A stretch of DNA of 64,000 nucleotides from an uncultured delta proteobacterium (GTDB lineage Bacteria > Myxococcota_A > Polyangia > Polyangiales > B10-G4), in the NCBI GenBank assembly GCA_963727445.1, contig CAVSGI010000015.1, positions 288,001 to 352,000 on the forward strand. The letters run 5' to 3'. The notes under the pieces are model-generated. The model did no database searches. It had not been told where the DNA came from and saw nothing but the letters and a program-made list of their open reading frames with translations. This document shows positions 31,161 to 41,516 of the stretch, one piece after another. Position numbers and translations under genes: made by a program. Each line of letters starts with the position of its first letter. Position 1 is the stretch's first letter.

Positions 31161-33191
31161 GTGCGGTCCCTCTTCGTGCTGTTCCTCGCCTTCGCGCTCG
31201 CGTGCGATGGAGGGGACGACACGAGCGACGCTGGTGCGGACGCGACACCGGATGCCGCCGCCGCCGACGGCGCGATGACGCCGACCGCGATGGCGCCCGA
31301 AGCTCCGGCGCTCCCCGATCTCTCACCCTGCTTCGAGGGCTTTCGGGAGGTGGTCGACGGCGACGGGGTGACGGTCTGCGAGCCCTGGCCGGAGTCGGGC
31401 CGCGCCAGCTGCGCCGACGGCGAAGCCCACTTCGTGGGACGGCCGGGCTGTGAGCGCATCGGCACCGCCTGTCCGAGCGGCGGCTTCGCCGAAGGCCTGC
31501 CTGCGGACGGCGTCTACTACGTCTCGCCGTCCGCCACAGGAGGCGATGGCTCCCTCGCTTCGCCCTTCGGCACCATCGACGAAGCCCTCGCCGCCGCGGC
31601 GGACGGCGACACCATCGCCCTCGGCGTCGGCACATTCCGTGGGGAGGTCGCGCTCGATCGGCCCATGCACCTTATCGGCGCATGCCCCACGGGGACGATC
31701 CTGACGAGCGACGCCCAGAGCGCGACCGCAGGCGTCGTGACGATCCGTGGCCCGGGCGCCGCGCTTCGAAACCTCCAGATCGCTTCGAGCGCGCGCAGCG
31801 CCATCTGGGTCGCCGGCGCCACGGCGACCGCCAGCGTCGAAGACGTCATCATCGAAGGAGTCACGATGATCGGCATCGACGTCGAGCTGGGGGCGACCGT
31901 CGACGTCACCCACGCCTCGATCGCGAACGTGGCCCTCTCCGACGTCGCACCCTTCACCGGCTACGTGGGCCGAGGGATCAACGTCGAGTCCGGATCGACC
32001 CTGACCCTCGACACCGTCGACATCGAGGACGTTCACGAGTTCGGTCTGCTCTCCTACCACGACGACACCACCATCACCGCGACCCGCCTGAGCGTCTCGG
32101 GGGTCGGCCCGACTGCGGACGGCGGCAAGGGCGTCGGCCTGATGGCCCTCGACGGCGGGAGCGTCGAGGCGAACGGGATCGCCGTGATGTCGACACGTGA
32201 TTTCGCTGCCGCCGCAGGTGGCGTCGGGTCGCGGATCGCGATCGAAGATGCGTGGATCGAAGGCGCCCAGCCCAGCATGAGCGGAGGTCGAGGCCTCAAC
32301 GTTCAGGACGGTGCCTCCGGAAGCTGTCATCGCTGCCGCATCGTCGACAGCCTGGAGGCGGGCGTCCTGGTCGGCGCGGCTTCGACGGCGGAGCTCAGCG
32401 ATCTCGTGGTGGGCATCACCTCGGGCGGGATGTCCAAACGCGGCCTCGAGGCACAGAGCGGGGCGAACGTCACGGTCAGTCGTGTCCTCGTCGTCGACGG
32501 TCGTGAGACCGGCCTCCTGGTCGATGGAGAGGGGACCGTCCTCACGATGTCGGACGTGACCATCATGCGCATCGCCCCCGTCGGTGAGGGCATTCTGGGC
32601 CGCGCTGTGTCCGTCCAAGACAACGCATCGCTCGTGGTCAGCCGAGGACTCTTTCGAGATCTGACCGACAACGGCATCTACGCCAGCCTCGGCGCCTCGA
32701 TGGAGCTCTCCGACATCACCATCCGGCACGTCTCGCCCTGGGCGAGCGGCCAGTTCGGGCGCGGCATCTCGGTGCAGAACACGTCGACCCTCCGGGGAGC
32801 GCGCATCGACATCGAGGACGTCCACGACATCGGCATGTTCGTTCTGAACGACAGCGGCATCGAGCTCACCGACCTCCGCGTGGTGGGAACGCAGCCGGCC
32901 ACCTGCGACTGCCCCTCTCAGCAGGGAGGACATGGCCTCGGCATCTACGGGTCCACGGCTTCGATCGACAACGTGGACCTCGAGGACCATGCCCTGTGCG
33001 GCATCCACGTCGCCAACGATGGCGACGCGATGCTCCGCATGGGCCGAGTGGTCCACAACGAGATCGGCGCATGTATCCAGAGCGATGCGCAGACCCTCGA
33101 CACCCTCCAGGACGACGTCTTCTATGTCGACAACGGGGTGAACCTTCAGGCGACCATGCTCCCCGTTCCTGCCGCTTCAGACGATCTCTGA
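31161..33191 (+). CDS. Right-handed parallel beta-helix lipoprotein
   Basis: Lipobox ALAC; YYVSPSATGGDGSLASPFGTI; repeated GRGI-V helix rungs. Confidence 0.82.
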   Translation: MRSLFVLFLAFALACDGGDDTSDAGADATPDAAAADGAMTPTAMAPEAPALPDLSPCFEGFREVVDGDGVTVCEPWPESGRASCADGEAHFVGRPGCERIGTACPSGGFAEGLPADGVYYVSPSATGGDGSLASPFGTIDEALAAAADGDTIALGVGTFRGEVALDRPMHLIGACPTGTILTSDAQSATAGVVTIRGPGAALRNLQIASSARSAIWVAGATATASVEDVIIEGVTMIGIDVELGATVDVTHASIANVALSDVAPFTGYVGRGINVESGSTLTLDTVDIEDVHEFGLLSYHDDTTITATRLSVSGVGPTADGGKGVGLMALDGGSVEANGIAVMSTRDFAAAAGGVGSRIAIEDAWIEGAQPSMSGGRGLNVQDGASGSCHRCRIVDSLEAGVLVGAASTAELSDLVVGITSGGMSKRGLEAQSGANVTVSRVLVVDGRETGLLVDGEGTVLTMSDVTIMRIAPVGEGILGRAVSVQDNASLVVSRGLFRDLTDNGIYASLGASMELSDITIRHVSPWASGQFGRGISVQNTSTLRGARIDIEDVHDIGMFVLNDSGIELTDLRVVGTQPATCDCPSQQGGHGLGIYGSTASIDNVDLEDHALCGIHVANDGDAMLRMGRVVHNEIGACIQSDAQTLDTLQDDVFYVDNGVNLQATMLPVPAASDDL

Positions 33192-33199
33192 GCTGTCCC

Positions 33200-33421
33200 G
33201 AAACGGCACAGCGTGGGCCTCCCACCTGTGGGCAATTCCGGGGGAAACCTGTGTGTAGGCGATGTGGGGAAATGGGGGACGTTTCCCTCCACAGCAATCC
33301 ACTGCGTAATCCACCCACGACAGGGGTTGCTTTGTTTTGTAATCCCGAGTAGTTCGGTCCGTGGATCCCCAATCCACAACCCTTACGACGACGACGTTAA
33401 TTTAAATTACTAGATCTAATT
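33200..33421. other. oriC: Replication origin (oriC) unwinding region
   Basis: Degenerate DnaA boxes (TTGCCCACA 33227, TTCCCCACA 33263, CCCTCCACA 33285, CAATCCACA 33370), trio-like TAC-GAC-GAC-GAC, then AT-rich GTTAATTTAAATTACTAGATCTAATT just upstream of dnaN. Confidence 0.82.
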
Positions 33422-33450
33422 CCCCGGGGTAGTTGGGGAGTGGTGGAGTG

Positions 33451-34581
33451 ATGGAGCTGACCATCTCCAAGAAGAGCTTTCTGCGTGGCCTCGCTCGTAC
33501 TCACGGCGTGGCGGATCGCAAGAGCTCGATGCCGATCCTGTCGAACATTCTCCTGTCCGCCGAGGGCAAGGACACCCTGCGTCTGGCAGCGACGGATCTC
33601 TATCTGGGCGTCAACGCCACGGTGAAGGCCGAGGTCAAGAAGGGTGGGATGATCGCGGTCTCCGCGCGGACGCTCTTCGACATCGTGAAGAACCTCCCCG
33701 AGGGGGAGATCACCTGGACGGTGGGTGAGAATCAGGCGGCCGAGATCAAGTGCGGCAAGGTCCGCTACAAGATCCCGGGGATGCCGGGGGAGGACTTTCC
33801 GCCCCTGCCCAATCCCGGCGAGGCGGATTTCGCGGAGCTCGATGCCGAGGTGCTCGGCGGGCTGATCGCGCACACCCAGTTCTCGATGTCCACCGACGAC
33901 ACCCGCCCGCATCTGGCCGGCGCGCTCTTCGAAGGGGACGGCAAGATCGTTCGCATGGTCACCACGGATGGCCATCGCCTCTCGAAGGCCGAGGTGAAGC
34001 AGGGCGACGGGGCCGCGATGCTCAACTTCTCGATGCTGGTGCCGAACAAGGGCATCGGCGAGCTCAAGCGGCTCATCGAGGATTCCAGGGCCGACAAGGA
34101 CGGCAAGCCCACCGTGGTCGGCATCGCCACCAGCGGCGGGCAACGCCTTCTTCCGCCGCGACGACATCCTGCTCTGCGTCAAGCTCGCCGACGAGCAGTT
34201 CCCGCCCTACGCCAAGGTCATCCCCCTCAAAAGGGCCAGAAGATCCGCATGGGCCGCAATCAGATCATCGAGGCCCTTCGGCGCATCTCTCTCGTGGCCA
34301 ACGACAAGAGCGGCGGCGTTCGACTTCACGTCGAGTCGGGGCAGCTCAAGATCACGAGCGAGAATCCCGATGTCGGCGAAGGCTCGGAAGAGCTCGACAT
34401 CGACTACGCCGGCGATCCGGTGAACATCGGCTTCAACGCGCGCTATCTCCTGGACGCGCTCGGCTGCCTCGTCTCCGACGACGTCTCTCTGGAGATCACC
34501 GGCGAGCTCGATCCGGGCGTGGTCAAGCCCGAGAACGAAGACGTGGACTTCGTCGGCGTGATCATGCCGATGCGCATCTAA
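33451..34581 (+). CDS. dnaN: DNA polymerase III beta clamp; internal compensating frameshifts 34138-34232
   Basis: MPILSNILL, ATDL, VTTDGHRL, IGFNARYLLD, VIMPMRI; conserved KLADEQFPPYAKVIP lies in the +1 frame. Confidence 0.95.
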   Translation: MELTISKKSFLRGLARTHGVADRKSSMPILSNILLSAEGKDTLRLAATDLYLGVNATVKAEVKKGGMIAVSARTLFDIVKNLPEGEITWTVGENQAAEIKCGKVRYKIPGMPGEDFPPLPNPGEADFAELDAEVLGGLIAHTQFSMSTDDTRPHLAGALFEGDGKIVRMVTTDGHRLSKAEVKQGDGAAMLNFSMLVPNKGIGELKRLIEDSRADKDGKPTVVGIATSGGQRLLPPRRHPALRQARRRAVPALRQGHPPQKGQKIRMGRNQIIEALRRISLVANDKSGGVRLHVESGQLKITSENPDVGEGSEELDIDYAGDPVNIGFNARYLLDALGCLVSDDVSLEITGELDPGVVKPENEDVDFVGVIMPMRI

Positions 34582-34617
34582 CCAACCCGTGCCCGTGCCC
34601 GTTCGCACGGCTCCCTG

Positions 34618-35728
34618 ATGTCCGGTCCGCCTCCTCGCCCACTGCGCATCGATCGCCTCGACGCGGCGCACTTCCGAAACCTCGAGCGCCTCTGCATCGA
34701 GCCCGGGCCCGCCTTCAACGTCGTCCACGGCGACAACGGTGCCGGTAAGAGCAGCCTCCTCGAAGCGATCTACTACCTGGGGGCGCTTCGCTCCTTTCGC
34801 GGAGCCAAGGCCGACGACCTCGTGATGCTCGAGCACGACGCGTCCCGGCTTCGCGCGCGCATCAGCGGCTCCGCGGCCCCGCGCACCTACCAGGCCACCA
34901 TTCACCGGCGAAAGGCGCGCGAGCTGAAGCTCGACGACAAGCGCCCGCGGTCGATCGGGCTCTGGCACGCGTCGGTGCAGGTGGTGCTCTTTCATCCCGG
35001 GCACCTCACTCTGGCGGCGGGCGCGGCAGAGCAGCGCCGCACCTTCCTCGACCGCGTGCTCGAGCAGCTCGACCCCACCTACGGCTCGACCCTGGCGAGC
35101 TATCAGAAGGCACTCCGCAGTCGCAATCGCCTGCTCAAGGGCGACGACCCGGATCCACGGAGCATCCGCGCCTTCGACGAGCTCCTTGGCTTCTGCGGGT
35201 GCGATCATCGCGACCACACGAGCGCGTCTGGTGGCGGACATCGCGCCCCTCACGGAGCGCGCGTTCTCGGACGTGGTGGGCGAAGATGTGCCGCTCCGCG
35301 TCGAGTACAAGCCGCGCGTCTCGCCGAGCGTGGAGGCGCTTCGCGAGGCCCTGGACCGCTCCTTCGAAAAGGACCTCGCCCGCGGGTTCACGGCCGAGGG
35401 GCCGCACGGTGACGACCTCGCTCTCGACATCGCCGACCGCGCGCCCGCTCGCTATCACGCATCCCAAGGACAGCATCGCGCGATCGTCCTCGCGCTGAAG
35501 GTCGCGGAGCTCGAAGTGCTCACGCGGCGCACGAGCAAGATTCCGATCCTGCTGCTGGACGACGTCTCGAGCGAGCTCGACCGTACGCGGAACCGTCGTT
35601 TCTTCTCGCTCCTCGGAAAGCTGGGGGGTCAGGTCTTTCTGACGACCACCCATCCCGAGTTCATCCTCCTCGAGGAGGGACGCACGGATTTCGCGGTGAA
35701 AAACGGCGAGATCACGCGGGACGGCTGA
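34618..35728 (+). CDS. recF: RecF, apparent +1 frameshift near 35185
   Basis: FRNL, GDNGAGKSSLLEAIY; second frame has GPHGDD, SQGQHR, LLLDDVSSELD. Confidence 0.93.
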
Positions 35729-35796
35729 GGCGTCGGCGATGGGGTCCCCCGTTCGTTTGCAACGGGAGAAACGAGGGGCTACACGCCGCACTCCCG

Positions 35797-37356
35797 ATGC
35801 GTTCGCCGCGGATCGACATCTTCCCGAAGGGCCGGTTGCTGCGCCCCGAGCCCGCGCGGAAGCGGGAGCTGAGCGACGTTCGCGCGGTGGTGATCGGCGC
35901 GGGCTTCGGCGGCCTCGCGGCGGCCATCCGCCTGCTCTGTCGCGGCTATCGCGTGACGGTCGTCGACAAGCTCGATCAGCCCGGCGGCCGCGCGCGTGTG
36001 TTCCGCGAAGGTGGTTTCGTCTTCGACGCGGGTCCGACGGTGGTCACGGCGCCCTTCCTCTTCGAAGAGCTCTGGGAGCTCGCCGGCAGACGCCTCGAAG
36101 ACGACGTCGACATGCGCGAGGTGACACCCTTCTATCGCATCCGTTTCGACGACGGACACGTCTTCGATTACACGGGCGACGCCGACGCGATGCGGCGCGA
36201 GATCCAGCGGCTCGCGCCTGGAGACGTCGCGGGATACGAGGCCTTCGTTCGCGAGAGCGAGCGCATCTTCGAGATCGGCTTCGACCGACTCGCCCACGTG
36301 CCCTTCGGCAAAGCGTCGGACATGGCGCGCATCGTCCCGTCCATGGTGAAGCTCGAGAGCTTCCGGACGGTGTACGGGCTCGTCTCGAAGTACGTGAAGG
36401 ACGAGCAACTCCGCCAGGTGATGAGCTTCCACCCGCTCCTCGTCGGCGGAAACCCCTATTCGACGACGTCGATCTACACCCTCATCGCCTTTCTCGAGCG
36501 CAAGTGGGGCGTGCACTTCCCCATGGGCGGGACCGGTGCGCTGGTGCGCGGGATGGTCGGGCTCATCGAAGAGCTCGGGGGCGAGGTGCGCCTCGGTGAG
36601 GAGGTGCAGCGCATCCTCGTCGAAGACGGCGTGGCGCGGGGCGTCGTCCTCGGCGGCGGCGAGAAGCTCCGCGCGGAGATCGTCGTCTCGAACGCCGATG
36701 CCGCCTGGACTTACCGGCATCTGGTTCCGGCGGAGGCGCGCAAGCGCTGGACCGACCGCCGTATCGCGCGGGCGCGCTACTCGATGAGCCTCTTCGTCTG
36801 GTACTTCGGCACCGATCGGAAATACGAGGACGTCGCTCATCACACCATCCTGCTCGGGCCGCGCTACCAGGAGCTCCTCGAAGACATCTTCGAGCGCAAG
36901 ATCCTGGCCGAGGACTTCAGCCTCTACCTTCACCGGCCCACCGCGACCGACCCCTCGATGGCGCCGCCCGGCTCCGATGCCTTCTACGTCCTTTCGCCCG
37001 TGCCCCACCTCGGCAGCGGCACCGACTGGTCGCGGCAGGCCGAGCCCTACCGAAAGAAGATCGAGAAGTACCTCGAAGACACGGTCCTCCCGAAGCTGTC
37101 GGATCACGTCGTCGTCTCGCGCACACTCACCCCGCAGAACTTCCTCTCCGACTACCTCTCCTTTCGCGGCGCCGCCTTCGGCTTCGAGCCGGTCCTCACC
37201 CAGAGCGCCTACTTCCGCCCCCACAATAGGAGCGAGGACGTGAAGCATCTCTATCTGGTGGGCGCAGGGACCCACCCCGGCGCCGGCATGCCGGGCGTGC
37301 TCAGCTCGGCGCGCGTTCTCGACACCGTCGTCCCGGACACCGAGCATTTTCAGTGA
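35797..37356 (+). CDS. crtI: Phytoene desaturase
   Basis: IGAGFGGLAAA, FDAGPTVVT, LYLVGAGTHPGAGMPGVLSSA. Confidence 0.95.
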   Translation: MRSPRIDIFPKGRLLRPEPARKRELSDVRAVVIGAGFGGLAAAIRLLCRGYRVTVVDKLDQPGGRARVFREGGFVFDAGPTVVTAPFLFEELWELAGRRLEDDVDMREVTPFYRIRFDDGHVFDYTGDADAMRREIQRLAPGDVAGYEAFVRESERIFEIGFDRLAHVPFGKASDMARIVPSMVKLESFRTVYGLVSKYVKDEQLRQVMSFHPLLVGGNPYSTTSIYTLIAFLERKWGVHFPMGGTGALVRGMVGLIEELGGEVRLGEEVQRILVEDGVARGVVLGGGEKLRAEIVVSNADAAWTYRHLVPAEARKRWTDRRIARARYSMSLFVWYFGTDRKYEDVAHHTILLGPRYQELLEDIFERKILAEDFSLYLHRPTATDPSMAPPGSDAFYVLSPVPHLGSGTDWSRQAEPYRKKIEKYLEDTVLPKLSDHVVVSRTLTPQNFLSDYLSFRGAAFGFEPVLTQSAYFRPHNRSEDVKHLYLVGAGTHPGAGMPGVLSSARVLDTVVPDTEHFQ

Positions 37357-38292
37357 GCAGGCGCGTGGGGGGACATTCGGAGGACATCGACTTCTGCCTG
37401 GCGCTCCTGCGCCACGGATTCGAAGAGCTTCCACGCCGCGTCTCTCCTGCTGCCGCGGCGCCTGCGCCCGGACGTCGCCGCGGTCTACGCCTTCTGCCGC
37501 GTCTCGGACGACGCGGTGGACGAGAACGACGATCCCATCGCCGCCCTCGCGCGCCTCGAGCAGCGGCTCGATCACGTCTTTGGCGGAGCGCCCGAGGCCG
37601 ACCCCGTGGACCGGGCGCTGGCGGACGTCGTCCGGCGTCACCAGCTGCCGCGCGCGCCTTTCGACGCGCTCCTCGAGGGGTATCTCTGGGACGCGGAAGG
37701 TCGCCGCTATGAAACGCTCGACGACCTGCTCGCCTACTGCGTGCGCGTGGCGTCGACGGTCGGCGTCGTGATGACCTCGCTGATGGGCGAGCGCCGCGGC
37801 CCGGTCCTCGATCGCGCGAGCGATCTCGGCATCGCCATGCAGCTCACCAACATCGCCCGCGACGTCGGAGAGGACGGGCGAAAGGGACGCATCTACCTGC
37901 CGATGGGGTGGCTCGAAGAGGTCGGCCTCGGCGCTTCCGATCTCGTCCCGGAGCCGCGCATGCGTCCCGAGCTCGGACTCGTCATCAAGCGCCTCCTCGG
38001 GGTGGCGGACGTCTATTACGCACGCTCCCAGGCAGGGATCGCGCACCTGCCGCGGGATTGCCGGGTGGCCATCGCCGCCGCCGCGCGCATCTACCAGGAC
38101 ATCGGCAGAGCGATCGTCGCCAGCGGATACGACAGCGTGAGCCGTCGCGCCTACACCTCGGGCGTGCGCAAGGCGTGGCTCGTCTGCGCCGCGCTTCCCC
38201 ACGCGGTTGGAGGGGCGGCGGGGCCGAGCGGTCCCCCCGCGGCGCTCGCGGCTCGGCCGCTGATCGAAGCGACGGCGGAGGCGGGGCGATGA
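37353..38292 (+). CDS. crtB: Phytoene synthase, apparent +1 frameshift near 37419
   Basis: HGSKSFHAAS after frame correction, YAFCRVSDDAVD, YCVRVASTVG, QLTNIARDVGED. Confidence 0.92.
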
Positions 38293-38999
38293 GCCTGCGC
38301 GAAGCGAAGCGGCGCGTCCCGAAGGAATTCGACCGCGTCGCGCAGAGCTACGATCTGTTGACCGGGAAGAACCCCGGCTACGCGCGTCACCTCGCGATGA
38401 GCGCGGCGCGGCTGCGGCTCGGGCCGGGAGCGCAGATCCTCGACCTCTGCTGCGGCACGGGGATCAGCACCGAAGCCGTCTCGAGCGTCTACCCGGACGC
38501 GGAGATCACCGGCCTCGACGCTTCCGAGGGGATGCTCGAGGTGGCGCGCAACAAGCCCCTCGCCGAGCGAGTGCGATTCCTCTCGGGCGACGCGATGGAC
38601 CCGGGCGCCACCATGGGCGCCGAGGGACCCTTCGACGGGATCCTCATGGCGTACGGGATCCGCAACATGCCCGATCCCGATCTCTGCCTCGAAAACCTCC
38701 GGGAGCTCCTGGTTCCGGGCGGCGCCATCTGCTTTCACGAGTACTCGGTTCGCGATTCGGTGCGGAGCCAGGCCTTGTGGAACGCCGTGACCTTCGGCCT
38801 GATCATCCCGGGGGGACTGGTGACCGCGGGGTCGACCAAGATCTATCGCTACCTGTGGCGGAGCGTCCTCGACTTCGACGGTGTGGGCGCCTTCGAGGCA
38901 CGCCTCGCGCGCGCCGGCTTCGAAGAGATCCGCACCTATCCCATGGACGGATGGCAGCGCGGCATTCTGCATTCCTTCGTGGCGCGGAGACCGCGATGA
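38289..38999 (+). CDS. crtT: Class I SAM methyltransferase, CrtT-like
   Basis: LDLCCGTG; MAYGIRNMPDPD; GWQRGILHSF; between crtB and crtU. Confidence 0.7.
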   Translation: MSLREAKRRVPKEFDRVAQSYDLLTGKNPGYARHLAMSAARLRLGPGAQILDLCCGTGISTEAVSSVYPDAEITGLDASEGMLEVARNKPLAERVRFLSGDAMDPGATMGAEGPFDGILMAYGIRNMPDPDLCLENLRELLVPGGAICFHEYSVRDSVRSQALWNAVTFGLIIPGGLVTAGSTKIYRYLWRSVLDFDGVGAFEARLARAGFEEIRTYPMDGWQRGILHSFVARRPR

Positions 39000-40522
39000 T
39001 CGTTCGCCGGCGGTTCGGCAAGCAGCGCGTCGCGCCGCTGTCGCCGGGGGGTGCGGAGAAGGTCGCGCCCGGCGCCAGCGCGGTGGTGGTCGGTGGCGGC
39101 ATCGCCGGGCTCGCGGCGGCGACGGTTCTCGCCGAGCGGGGCGTCGCGGTCACGGTGATCGAGCGTGAAGGCTTCCTCGGCGGTCGGGCGGGCGCCTACG
39201 CCGACCATCTCGCCGACGGAACGCCCTTCGCGATGGAGCGCGGCTTCCACGGCTTCTTTCGCCAGTACTACAACCTCAGGGCGATGCTCCGGCGCGTCGA
39301 CCCGGCGCTCTCCTTCCTGGTGCAGCTCGAGGACTACCCGCTCCTCGGGCCCAACGGCGCGCGCGAGTCCTTCTCCGATCTTCCGAAGCGCGCGCCCTTC
39401 AACATCGTCGAGCTGATCCGCCGAACCGAGAGCCTGCGCCTGAGAGATCTGCGCAGCATCGCCCCGCGGCCGGCGCTCGCGATGCTCACCTACGACGGCG
39501 ACAACACCTACGCGCGCTACGACGAGATGAGCGCCCGGGCCTACCTCGACTCGCTCTGCTTCCCGAAGCACGCGCGCCAGATGCTCTTCGACGTCTTCAG
39601 CCACTCCTTCTTCAACCCGGAGGAGGGGCTCTCCGCGGCCGAGCTGCTGATGAGCTTTCACTTCTATTTCATGGGCAACCCGGAGGGGCTGATCTTCGAC
39701 GTGGTCGACGATCCCTTCTCGGTCGCGCTCTGGGATCCGTATCGGCGTTACCTCGAAGAGCTCGGCGTGCGCTTTCGCCTCGAGACGACGGTGGAGCGAG
39801 TCGAACGCGACGCCGGGAAGATGCGCGCCGTCACCACGGGCGGCGAAGAGGTCGAGGGCGACGCGATGGTGCTCGGTGTCACCGTCCCGGCCCTGTCGGC
39901 GATCGTCGCGGCGTCCCCTTCTCTCGACGACGCGGGCTTTCGCCGGCGCATCGAGGCGGCGGGCGTGACCCTCCCCTTCGCGGTGCTTCGCCTCTGGCTC
40001 GATCGAAAGGTGCGCCCGGGCCGAGCGCCCTTCGTCGGGACCGCGGGCCTCGGCATCCTCGACAACATCTCGATCTACGAGCTCTTCGAAGGCGAGAGCC
40101 GGGCGTGGGCCGAAGCGCACGGCGGCTCGGTGGTGGAGCTGCACGCCTACGCGGTCCCCGAGGAGATGAAGGAAGAGGCGATCCGCCGCGAGCTGCTGTT
40201 CGGCCTCCATCACCTCTATCCCGAGACGCGCGACGCCACGATCCTCGAGGACCGCTTCCTGTTGCGCCGCGACTGCCCCTCCTTCGGGCCGGGGCGATAC
40301 GCCGATCGGCCGACGGTGCACACCCCGTGGAGCGAGCTCTGCCTGGCGGGGGACTTCGTGAAGACGCCTTTTCCGACGGCGCTCATGGAGCGCGCGGCCT
40401 CGAGCGGCTTCATGGCCGCGAACCGCATCCTCTCGCGGTGGCGGGGGCGTGAGGAGCCCCTCTACTGCGTGCCGCCGCGTGGCCTCCTCGCCGGCTTCTC
40501 CGCGTCCTCTCTGGCGAGCTGA
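38996..40522 (+). CDS. crtU: FAD-dependent oxidoreductase, CrtU-like isorenieratene synthase
   Basis: GGGIAGLAAA, RGFHGFFRQYYNLR, FHFYFMG, ELHAYA, ALMERAA; crt context. Confidence 0.8.
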   Translation: MIVRRRFGKQRVAPLSPGGAEKVAPGASAVVVGGGIAGLAAATVLAERGVAVTVIEREGFLGGRAGAYADHLADGTPFAMERGFHGFFRQYYNLRAMLRRVDPALSFLVQLEDYPLLGPNGARESFSDLPKRAPFNIVELIRRTESLRLRDLRSIAPRPALAMLTYDGDNTYARYDEMSARAYLDSLCFPKHARQMLFDVFSHSFFNPEEGLSAAELLMSFHFYFMGNPEGLIFDVVDDPFSVALWDPYRRYLEELGVRFRLETTVERVERDAGKMRAVTTGGEEVEGDAMVLGVTVPALSAIVAASPSLDDAGFRRRIEAAGVTLPFAVLRLWLDRKVRPGRAPFVGTAGLGILDNISIYELFEGESRAWAEAHGGSVVELHAYAVPEEMKEEAIRRELLFGLHHLYPETRDATILEDRFLLRRDCPSFGPGRYADRPTVHTPWSELCLAGDFVKTPFPTALMERAASSGFMAANRILSRWRGREEPLYCVPPRGLLAGFSASSLAS

Positions 40523-40529
40523 GCGTCGC

Positions 40530-41516
40530 TCAGGGCACGAGCGAAAGGCGGCGCTCGCGCACCTCTTCGCCGCTCTTTCGCCGGAGGGCGTAGCGCCGCT
40601 CGGCGTACTCCGTGTCCTCGATCCAGAGCCGCCCGGCGCGGCGTTCGATCATGGGGCGGAGCAAACCGCCCGCGAGGCGCGCGAGGCGAAAGCCCATGCG
40701 CTCGGAGGTCGCGATGGTCGCTTCGACGATGCGCGTGCGCCCGGGCCCGATCGGTGTCGCGTGGGTCTCCACGACGGAGCCCACGCCTTCGCCGTCGACG
40801 ATGGTCATGGTGATCGTGCGCGGCTCGGGGGAGTGGAAGGTCGCGTCGACCTCCATGCAGATCGGGCCGAGGATGCGATAGGAGACACGCAAGCGCAGGA
40901 CGTCGTCGTCCGCTTCGAGGAGCCGGAGGCGAGCGAAGCTGTGCGGGTGGTAGTGGACGCCGTGCCAGGGGTCGAGGCGGTTGGCGATCACGTCCTCGGG
41001 CTCGCAGGCGCCTTCCATCGCCATCACCCCGCTCACGCGCGCGTCCCCGGGTCGGGGAGAGACGATGGGCAGCTTCGTCGGCGTCTCGTCTCGCTCCGGC
41101 AGGCGCACCCAGGACAGCACGCCGTCATCGAAGCTGGGCAGAGGACGCCATCCACCGTGGCCCTCGGCGCCGAGGGTGAGTCCGTGCCACGGACAGACGA
41201 GGCGGCCCTCGGCCAGGTGACCACGACAGAGGTCGGCGCCCATGTGGGGGCAGGCGGCGGGCGCCACGCGAAGCGTCCTCGAGGCGTCGCGCCACGCGAC
41301 GAGCTCTTCGCCCTCGACCACGAAGCGCGTGGGCGTATCGACGGCGACCTCGCGACTCGCGCCGAGGACGTACCAGCCGCCGGTGGGCCGTTCGAGCGCG
41401 CGGAAGAGCGCGCGTTCGATGCGTGCGGGGTTGGCCTGTATCCAGTCCGGGCGCTCGCTCATCGAAGGTTTGAACGGCGGCCGGCGGCCGATGTGCAGGA
41501 GCTTGTCTCGGATCAT
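40530..41516 (-). CDS. crtV: Rieske 2Fe-2S / DUF5914 protein, CrtV-like
   Basis: ACPHMGA...CPWHG; ANRLDPWHG...HPHSF; YAERRYALR. Confidence 0.75.
   Translation of the reverse strand: MIRDKLLHIGRRPPFKPSMSERPDWIQANPARIERALFRALERPTGGWYVLGASREVAVDTPTRFVVEGEELVAWRDASRTLRVAPAACPHMGADLCRGHLAEGRLVCPWHGLTLGAEGHGGWRPLPSFDDGVLSWVRLPERDETPTKLPIVSPRPGDARVSGVMAMEGACEPEDVIANRLDPWHGVHYHPHSFARLRLLEADDDVLRLRVSYRILGPICMEVDATFHSPEPRTITMTIVDGEGVGSVVETHATPIGPGRTRIVEATIATSERMGFRLARLAGGLLRPMIERRAGRLWIEDTEYAERRYALRRKSGEEVRERRLSLVP

Noticed and set aside
28669..31635. 988-aa minus-strand ORF
   Set aside because: Antisense shadow of dnaA and the phosphoesterase; long shadow ORFs are expected at this GC content
33451..35728. 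dnaN and recF as true pseudogenes or programmed frameshifts
   Set aside because: dnaN is essential, both halves are well conserved and no common slippery site exists; sequencing error is simpler
35779..38202. 807-aa minus-strand ORF
   Set aside because: Antisense to crtI/crtB, no recognisable motifs
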